Assembly (NCBI GenBank): GCA_018985225.1
Contig: JADGIF010000534.1
Location: 1-7,002, forward strand
Direction: 5' to 3'
From: Amoeboradix gromovi X-113
Lineage: Eukaryota > Fungi > Sanchytriomycota
Length of the DNA stretch: 7,002 nucleotides
The notes beneath the pieces were generated by a model. It was not told where the DNA came from. It searched no databases and was given only the letters and a program-made list of their open reading frames with translations. Numbering within the stretch: position 1 is the stretch's first letter; each line of letters opens with the position of its first letter. Both the position numbers and the translations under genes were made by a program. Positions 1-6,410 of the stretch are shown in pieces.

Positions 1-1110
1 CTATTTCTTTGAAGAGTAATAGTAATATTTTATTTGAAAGAGTAAGAGAATAGCTGTACAGAATATTTATTTTTGAAATTTCGATACAAAAAGTTATTTA
101 TTTTCCTTTTATACTCGTCAACTCCGCAACTAGCTGAATGTCCACTCGCTTCTTAAATAATGTTCCAAGTTGTTACAGAAAGTTGGTCCGGTTTTTATAT
201 TTGATGTCCCATTTGTATATCTGTTTGCAATTAATTCTTCATGATCACATCATTCTTGCACAAATACAACACTTTCTGAACCGCCATTTCTATAGTCTCT
301 ATCCGTAAACGTATTTTATGTGCTGTATAATAATTTTTGGTAGTTCAATATCACAAAAAATGACTCCGCTCTGCTCATTAAACTATATCAACAATCTAAC
401 TCTCTATCACTTAATATAAATGGCTTTTAAGTTGACGCATTCTTGAAAACTTAAACACAATTGTCGAGCATAATGATAACCCTTATCCCTTAGTCAAGAA
501 GCACAATCGGCTCGATTTCAAATCCTGAGGAGATTGGAGCAAAGAAATACATTCAGTTCATGTTATGCGAAATGGGGATTTTCAATTTTTCCGAGTGACT
601 ACACTCTAGACAGACTTCCATGTTTCCGACACGAAATTGCTAAAATGGCAGAAATGAAATAATCAACTTCTCGTTATGAAGGTATCTAGTCCCTTCAGAA
701 AATTAAAGCAATGTCATTTCTAAGATCTGAAAATCAAGATATGACCGATATATCTAGAAATCAAGTGAGAGACGCAGTCCCTTAGCCATTAAACGCTCAA
801 GAAGAAGTAAAACATATACGTTCACTTCTTTTTCCGAAATTATTTATTATTAAAAGCATATTCCACCACTAAATTATTTGAGTTGGACACAAGACGAGAG
901 GGTAGGTAAGCATTAGAAGATTCCTATGCTCCGGTTGCTATAATGAGAGTAGAGAGCACCTTTTTAGCGAAGTATAGTCGAGTAGTATATACTCAAGTTG
1001 TCTACTCTGCAGAATAGTAAAATCTGATTAATTGGAGAGCTTCACATTTAACCGGTATTGTGCCAGTACTTGCCCAATCTCCATTTTAATTTGATGCTCT
1101 CAATGTCATT

Positions 1111-2181
1111 ATGAAACAAATGGAAAGTGAGATGCAACTGCACACCAGGCATACGCATGATTCCACTCTGTCTCTATCCTATAGTGCAAATCAATGCCTA
1201 ATGAGCAAGTCTTCTGGTGACTCCAAAGCTGTGAAGAAGTTGTTGATTGCTCTAAGTATTTGTCTTGTTATATTTCTAGCTGAACTACTGGGTGGTGTAT
1301 TTGCACATTCTCTTGCGTTAATAAGTGATGCTATGCATATGTTGAGTGATGTTGTTGGTTTTGTGATCGCACTAGTTGCTATTTGGTTATCAAAGAGAAA
1401 AAATAACGATGTACACACATATGGGTATGTTCGTGCTGAGATTATTGGTGCTATTGCTTCTATTTTGCTGATTTATCTGTTAACTGGTATTCTTATCAGT
1501 GAGGCTGTAAATAGGATAAATAATCCTGAACATATAGATGCACCTATAATGATGCTTACTTCTGGTTTTGGTCTGCTTGCCAACATACTAATGCTGTTTG
1601 CGTTGGGGGGACATCACCATGGCCCTGAGCACTCTCATTCTAATTCAAACGACGTGGAAATTGAGGCACCTGGAGACACTCATCATAACAGCATGAATGT
1701 CAGAGCTGCAATTATCCATGTTATAGGTGATTTGACATTCAGTATAGGAGTATTAGTAAGTAGCATTATAATATATTTTCAGCCTACTTGGGTTATAGTA
1801 GATCCGATTTGTACTTTTCTGTTCAGTGTTATAGTACTAGTATCCACAATAAGTATTTTACGTGACTCTATAAAAGTCTTGATGGAAGCGAGCCCTACTC
1901 ATGTACATATGAACAAATTAAGAACTGATTTGTCTAATATCCATGGCATCAAGTCAACACATTGCCTACATGTTTGGTGTTTGAGCCAAAAAACAGCTTT
2001 AACAGTCCATGTAGCAGTCGAAGAAGCTTATGATGCCAAAAAGTTACACAAGATTTTAATTAGTGTAGAGCACGTAGTCTATGATATTCACAACATTGAT
2101 CATGCTACTATTCAACTGCATGTTCCACATCTGGAAGACGAGGATCATTCAAAATGTTGCCAAGAATTGATCGAATTGTAG
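1111..2181 (+). CDS. Cation diffusion facilitator zinc transporter, ZnT2/MTP1-like (SLC30 family), 356 aa, intronless
   Basis: Six hydrophobic segments. CDF signature SLALISDAMHMLSD (TM2 HxxxD) and TM5 HVIGD give an HD-HD site. Also TYGYVRAEIIGA, a His-rich loop GGHHHGPEHSHS, NMNVRAAIIH-type motif (SMNVRAAIIH), VDPICTFLFS, and C-terminal LHVWCL...HATIQ. The true start is uncertain (Met at 1111, 1120, 1132 or 1201). Confidence 0.96.
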   Translation: MKQMESEMQLHTRHTHDSTLSLSYSANQCLMSKSSGDSKAVKKLLIALSICLVIFLAELLGGVFAHSLALISDAMHMLSDVVGFVIALVAIWLSKRKNNDVHTYGYVRAEIIGAIASILLIYLLTGILISEAVNRINNPEHIDAPIMMLTSGFGLLANILMLFALGGHHHGPEHSHSNSNDVEIEAPGDTHHNSMNVRAAIIHVIGDLTFSIGVLVSSIIIYFQPTWVIVDPICTFLFSVIVLVSTISILRDSIKVLMEASPTHVHMNKLRTDLSNIHGIKSTHCLHVWCLSQKTALTVHVAVEEAYDAKKLHKILISVEHVVYDIHNIDHATIQLHVPHLEDEDHSKCCQELIEL

Positions 2182-2199
2182 TAAAAATTTATTTAAAGC
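2180..2199. terminator. Convergent 3' ends of the ZnT and CFAP97-like genes with putative poly(A) signals
   Basis: AGTAAA at 2180-2185 (+) overlaps the tandem stop TAG TAA. AATAAA lies at 2188-2193 (-), 6 nt after the TGA. Confidence 0.45.
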
Positions 2200-2793
2200 T
2201 CAACTTGACATTCCCAAAATTTCAGCCTCTACATAAAACTTTTTCGGATATCTAGCAATGTTTTTTAAATACTCCAAATTTTTTTCCCTCCCCTGCTTCC
2301 AGTCATTACTCACAGGCCCATTTCGAGCCTTTGATATACGCTCTTGAATTTTGACATTTTCAAGCTCAATCTTAACTTGCTGCTTATGTCTCTGCGCGCT
2401 AAGTCGATTCTTCATGACAGGGCTAGGTGGATTTTGCTTTAGAACACTAGGCTTAATACTTTCAATCTTTTTGTACAATTTCAGATTCAGCTTTTCAATT
2501 TCCTTATTTTTGTAAAGATCCATCTGAATCTTCTTGGATTTACTAGGCTGTCTCATGTACTTTGGAGAGGAAGTATCGACAATAGCTTTAACATTTGCAA
2601 TCTTTTCTTCATGCTTGTCTTTCAAATAGTTTTCATATTTTCGAGCAACATGAACATTTGGAATGTTTCTCAACTTTAACTCTGATTTGTTCTTAATTTT
2701 TGGAATATTAAGGTTGTTGAACTGCCCATCCGCAAATCCATCAACTATGGCTTTGATTTTAGTTTCGATGGATGGAAAGAAAATGGGAGCCAT
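2200..2793 (-). CDS. CFAP97/Hemingway (KIAA1430) domain protein, CFAP97D1/D2-like cilia/flagella-associated protein
   Basis: Basic coiled-coil protein with the family pattern H..KI...K..VDT..P, IEK.N.KL..KI, R......KI..EN..I..RI and a terminal W......Y...IARYP. The 5' end is uncertain: the frame stays open for 20 codons upstream of Met 2793. Confidence 0.85.
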   Translation of the reverse strand: MAPIFFPSIETKIKAIVDGFADGQFNNLNIPKIKNKSELKLRNIPNVHVARKYENYLKDKHEEKIANVKAIVDTSSPKYMRQPSKSKKIQMDLYKNKEIEKLNLKLYKKIESIKPSVLKQNPPSPVMKNRLSAQRHKQQVKIELENVKIQERISKARNGPVSNDWKQGREKNLEYLKNIARYPKKFYVEAEILGMSS

Positions 2794-2910
2794 TGACCTT
2801 AAATCATCTGAGTGAAATTTCTTGACAAAATGAAATCTAGTTTCTTGCTCATTCTATTGTAAAATTGTAGGCACAATCCACACGTATGTGCATTCTAGAA
2901 TTTAAATTAT

Positions 2911-3877
2911 TTACTCAGTCAATATTTGGTATCTTACTTGCTGTGGTATCCTTGCAAACGATATTTGGGTTTCACTTAATGCACCAAATAACCATGGGTC
3001 TGTCAAGCTCCAAGCGCATCCAGTTATAGATGGTTCATGGAGATTGTCCCATTTTGCAATCAAAGAATTTTCTTTTACTTCTTCCTCATCCAGTATTCTT
3101 TTTGAAGAAAACATAGCCATGTCGTATAAAATAACAGCTCCGTCACTACCAGTAGAAAGTATCAATTGGTCGTAAAACGGATTGTATTTACAGTTCATCA
3201 CCCTATATTAGACCAAAATACCAATGCGTATGATCATTTAATGTCAAAACAGGTTCTTTGGGTTGTCTTATGTCCCATATATTTATTTGCCTATCCATTC
3301 CACCACTAATAAAGTAGTCATTCATTATAGGATTTATGTCAAGGCACAATACATCTAAAAGATGATGACTAAATACCACACCTTCAGAAGGATTAAGAGG
3401 GTCAATTAGGTGAATGTTGTTATAACTAGCCACTAAGCATTTATTACGTTTACAAACTGTTCTAATATTTTCAAGCTTAACAACATTCTGAAACTTAAAG
3501 TTCTCAATATCTAGAAGTCCAACTTGGTTCTTCTTACCAACAAGCACATCATCAAAACACACAACATCGTCAATCTGATATAACCCGCCTTCAAAGTTAT
3601 TCAACTTTAAATTAAACAAGTTTCTAGACAAATCGTAGCTAGTATATATGAAGTAATCGTTAATTTTGGACACATCCGATGTTGGGTTATCGATTTCTAT
3701 TTGATCATAATCATAAGAAAGACGATCGTTTAAGGATATCGTACAGATACTGTTTCTTTCCTTGATGCTACAAGTGCCACATATGAACTCATTTTTTATA
3801 AATCTCAGTTTGTTACCGATGCATGGCAATGAGAAATTGGTTTGTTCGAGTAGATCAATACCAAGATTAGGATCCAT
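2911..3877 (-). CDS. EIPR1: EARP/GARP-interacting WD40 protein EIPR1 (TSSC1), two exons: complement(join(2911..3202,3222..3877)), 315 aa
   Basis: Motifs match remembered EIPR1 sequences in order: FICGTCSIKERNSI (cf. FLVGTQSLKYDNQI), LDINP...FISGGMD...IWDIR...EPV.TL..HTHW|VMNCKYNPFYDQLILSTGSD (cf. [24 protein letters not shown]) and WSLTDPWLFGALS...RIP...RYQIL. Removing 3203-3221 fuses the two ORF-track entries in frame (656+292=948 nt). Confidence 0.92.
3203..3221 (-). other. 19-nt phase-2 spliceosomal intron GTATTTTGGTCTAATATAG
   Basis: GTAT donor, CTAAT branch motif and TAG acceptor. Splicing rebuilds the conserved Trp codon (TG|G) with no gap in the conserved motif. If retained, the intron's terminal TAG is an in-frame stop. 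Confidence 0.9.
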
Positions 3878-4011
3878 AAGTTTCGAAAATGTAATATATT
3901 TTCTTACTTAGATTGCCTGCCATACACTTGAAATTCAAACTGTTAAACCAGCTATATATTCTCTATTCCAACTTTTTTAAATGTTATGTGAATTTTATTT
4001 TGACGTAACTG
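3878..4011. promoter_or_regulatory. Divergent promoter of EIPR1 and CEP20
   Basis: 134-bp AT-rich head-to-head spacer with TGACGTAA at 4001-4008. The call rests mainly on gene geometry. Confidence 0.45.
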
Positions 4012-4329
4012 ATGTCTCAAGAAGAGTTCCAAACTCAATTTAAAAACCATTTGGAAACCACCGGTGAATGGGACAAAATGCATGCCAGCCTCAAGGCACA
4101 GGCATATTTGCTATTATTGAAGCATAATCAGCCTCAAGAACAGCATGAGTCATCCCAACTAATCAATTTCTTGATATCTGATTATTTAAAATATCATGGC
4201 TATATTCATACTCTTGATGTGTTCAAAAGTGAAGCTCAGCCTGTAAAGAAGAGCAAAAAGACGATAGCAACAGGACTGAATTTGGAGTGTTCAGAGCTAC
4301 CATTATTATATAATTTAATCAATAAATAA
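4012..4329 (+). CDS. CEP20: FOP-related centrosomal/basal-body protein FOR20 (FOPNL/CEP20), LisH domain, 105 aa
   Basis: TOF-like motif FKNHLETTG...MHASLKAQ (cf. LKDTLEKKG...LKARIRAE), LisH motif LINFLISDYLKYHGYIHTLDVFKSE, and PLL motif LPLLYNLI. Confidence 0.88.
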   Translation: MSQEEFQTQFKNHLETTGEWDKMHASLKAQAYLLLLKHNQPQEQHESSQLINFLISDYLKYHGYIHTLDVFKSEAQPVKKSKKTIATGLNLECSELPLLYNLINK

Positions 4330-4335
4330 TTTATT
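4321..4335. terminator. Putative bidirectional polyadenylation signal AATAAAT-A-ATTTATT spanning the CEP20 and ACY1 stop codons
   Basis: Perfect 7-bp inverted repeat around 4328. AATAAA lies at 4321-4326 (+) and 4330-4335 (-). Stops are at 4327-4329 (+) and 4331-4333 (-). Confidence 0.6.
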
Positions 4336-5521
4336 TTTTCAGTAATTGGATCATATCTGGCAATTCGTGATCTATTTTCTGAAGGTTTTTCATTAATTTA
4401 ACGTAAAATTCTATTCCTTGAATATATCCGTCCACTGTCAAGTACTCATCATGCGCGTGCAACAAAACAGGTGTATTTCTAATTGGGCTTATTCCTATTG
4501 CAGGTATTCCAGCTTTTCTAATGTATCGCGAATCAGTAGCACCAGGAAATATCTCGGTTTCCAACTTTATGTTCAAATCATTGCAGGATTGTACAACTGC
4601 ATCATAAAATGGATTGTTTTCAATCTTTGTAACGTTTTGGTTGTCAAACTTTTGTATATATTCCATGGTTACACCTTCAACGTTGCACCACTCCGCAATT
4701 AGCTGTTCCATCTCTGAAAATAACATATGAGGAGTAACGCGAATATCAACACTGGCCTCCGCACACTCTGGTATTATATTAACCTGTTTTCCACTACTTA
4801 GCATCGTAATGTTAGCTGATGTGAGGTCACCAATTTTAGCTCCCTTGGACTGCTTATCGACTTGGTTTGCTCTAAACTCGTTGATTCTATTCAAGACTTG
4901 TAATAATTTCGCAGTGGAAGTATTTTCCAAAAGTAGGCTACCATGCCCCGAGACTCCTGTACTTTTTATTCGGATCCAAAACGGTGCTCGTTCACCATAA
5001 TACAATTTAAAGCAATTAGTTGGGGATGCCAATCCCTCATCAAAGGCGAATACTGGATTATATGCCTTGAAACTTTCTTTTTCAACCCACATCATCATGC
5101 CATCATGTCCACCAATTTCTTCATCAGGAACAAACGAGAAGATAAGCGTGAAGTAAGGGACAAAGTTAGTTTTCTTCAAAATCCTACAAGCTTCCAAATA
5201 TTGCATGCCGACGCACTTCATGTCTTGAGAACCTCGTGCATAGATTTTTCCATCATTAATTGTAGCAGCAAAAGGATCAAATTTCCAGTGTTCCTCACTA
5301 ACAGGAACAACATCCATGTGCGAATTGAAAAAGACAGACTGTTTAACTTTTCCGTGCCAAATCAGCAAAATTATTGGTTTTCCAGCGACCAATTCGATGG
5401 ATTCCACGTTAAGACCAATTTCTAATCCTTGGTTTTTTAGAAACTTTGCACAAGACAAATAGTCTGGATTTGGTTGTTCAGATCTAATTCTAAGATACTC
5501 TTGAAATCTACAAATCTGCAT
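4331..5521 (-). CDS. ACY1: Aminoacylase-1 (N-acyl-L-amino-acid amidohydrolase, peptidase M20A), 396 aa, intronless
   Basis: FQEYLRIRSEQPNPDY N-terminus. Zn-binding and catalytic motifs are all intact: NSHMDVVP, YARGSQDMK, FVPDEEIGG, DEG, ATDSRY, PVLLHAHDE. Confidence 0.97.
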   Translation of the reverse strand: MQICRFQEYLRIRSEQPNPDYLSCAKFLKNQGLEIGLNVESIELVAGKPIILLIWHGKVKQSVFFNSHMDVVPVSEEHWKFDPFAATINDGKIYARGSQDMKCVGMQYLEACRILKKTNFVPYFTLIFSFVPDEEIGGHDGMMMWVEKESFKAYNPVFAFDEGLASPTNCFKLYYGERAPFWIRIKSTGVSGHGSLLLENTSTAKLLQVLNRINEFRANQVDKQSKGAKIGDLTSANITMLSSGKQVNIIPECAEASVDIRVTPHMLFSEMEQLIAEWCNVEGVTMEYIQKFDNQNVTKIENNPFYDAVVQSCNDLNIKLETEIFPGATDSRYIRKAGIPAIGISPIRNTPVLLHAHDEYLTVDGYIQGIEFYVKLMKNLQKIDHELPDMIQLLKK

Positions 5522-5708
5522 GAGGTTTTAAAAACTATTTTTACAATGATGAATTGTTTTATCAGCCAACGTCAGTAGATTCTTGTGTACCCATTTAGGT
5601 AAAATATCCCGTATGATCTGATTGGATTTCTAGGTCATTAGCAACAAACCAATCAGAGAGGCAATTAACAGGTTAAAGAAATAAAAGTCCAAAGGGTCAA
5701 GTGAAAGC
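5522..5708. promoter_or_regulatory. Divergent promoter of ACY1 and the SH3 gene with two inverted CCAAT boxes
   Basis: 187-bp head-to-head spacer. TCTGATTGG (5617-5625) and CCAATCAGA (5649-5657) are exact reverse complements and fit the NF-Y/Hap CCAATCA consensus. A TGACGT core lies on the minus strand at 5569-5574. Confidence 0.55.
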
Positions 5709-6383
5709 ATGAAGCGCGTGAAAGCATTATATCCATTTACTGCCCGACATCCGGAAGAAGTGAGCTTTGCGAAAGGTCAAGAGTTCTTTGTTCTCTTTGT
5801 GAAACAAGGATGGAATTTTGTAAGCACAAATGCATCTTCTCCATTTAGCAGAAAGGCTAGAACGGGTTATGTCCCAGGTAATTATTTCTTAGAAGTTCAG
5901 ATGAACGGCCTTCCTCTCTTAAATTCAGGAAACCCTTGCATGAATCAGGATATTGTTCCCTATCTGAAAAACAAGAACGCTATATATTCTCCTATTAAAA
6001 CAAGATTAAGAGGGTCTGTATGCATGGTTAATCTTAACCAAGGTTCTGAGTATTTGCAAGTGGAACTGGAAGATGAATTGCAAATTATGGGTATTGCCGA
6101 TTATAATCTTGGTTTAGTATATGCAAAGAAAGTGGACTCATTTGATATCAAGGTAATACACTTGAACAACATAAAATGTCTTGATACTTTCACTAATTTG
6201 CCTCTCGTAGGCTTTGACCAGCTTGTGGAGTTTGAAAAGAAACTAAAACATTCAAAAGGATATCAAAAATTGGATACTACGGCGAAAAGATATTCCAGTC
6301 CTATTGGTTCAACTGGCCTGAAGCTACTGGATCCAATAAGGCCTTCTAAGCGAAGCTCTGTATCATCCACGCCAGCTTGCTAA
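5709..6383 (+). CDS. SH3-domain protein resembling the N-terminal half of fungal Bem1/Scd2, 224 aa
   Basis: Clear N-terminal SH3: VKALYPFTARHPEEVSFAKGQEF...GW...RTGYVPGNYF (cf. Scd2 IKALYDYTARKATEVSFAKGDFF). A probable degenerate second SH3 follows from about residue 100. No PX or PB1 domain is seen. The SH3 call is firm, while Bem1 orthology is inference. Confidence 0.8.
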   Translation: MKRVKALYPFTARHPEEVSFAKGQEFFVLFVKQGWNFVSTNASSPFSRKARTGYVPGNYFLEVQMNGLPLLNSGNPCMNQDIVPYLKNKNAIYSPIKTRLRGSVCMVNLNQGSEYLQVELEDELQIMGIADYNLGLVYAKKVDSFDIKVIHLNNIKCLDTFTNLPLVGFDQLVEFEKKLKHSKGYQKLDTTAKRYSSPIGSTGLKLLDPIRPSKRSSVSSTPAC

Positions 6384-6410
6384 AATAAATATATTAACTT
6401 GTTTGTATTA
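6384..6410 (+). terminator. Putative poly(A) signal and GU-rich downstream element of the SH3 gene
   Basis: AATAAA at 6384-6389 directly follows the TAA, then TTGTTTGTATT. Confidence 0.5.

Noticed and set aside
98-238. Minus-strand protein-like run ending TAA within AATAAA
   Set aside because: It has an internal stop, no start codon, no convincing splice model and no recognisable homology.
495-872. TAA/TAG reassigned to Gln
   Set aside because: The conserved genes contain no in-frame TAR codons and terminate with TAA or TAG at the expected C-termini.
1139-1145. TGCACAC, a metal-response-element core near the ZnT start
   Set aside because: Single 7-mer inside probable coding sequence, and MTF-1 is an animal factor.
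1191-1418. 75-aa minus-strand ORF
   Set aside because: Antisense shadow lying wholly inside the well-supported ZnT CDS, with no recognisable motif.
2911-3877. Reading the two WD40 ORFs as separate genes, a pseudogene or a programmed frameshift
   Set aside because: A GT-AG intron with a branch motif explains the break exactly. A 1-nt frameshift would leave six extra residues in a conserved motif.
3868-3923. Upstream ATG plus GTAAGA donor as an extra first exon of EIPR1
   Set aside because: No nearby AG restores the frame, and homology already begins shortly after Met 3877.
4418-5425. Three plus-strand ORFs (94, 63 and 160 aa)
   Set aside because: Antisense shadows of ACY1, with no recognisable protein features.
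1111-5521. Functional cluster (zinc transporter with Zn-dependent ACY1, or the two ciliary genes)
   Set aside because: Mixed orientations, unrelated housekeeping roles and no shared motif such as a full RFX X-box. Adjacency is expected in a compact genome.
5820-5848. Intron-like GTAAGC...TTTAG within the SH3 domain
   Set aside because: Removing 29 or 32 nt shifts the frame before the conserved GYVPGNYF, and there is no branch motif.
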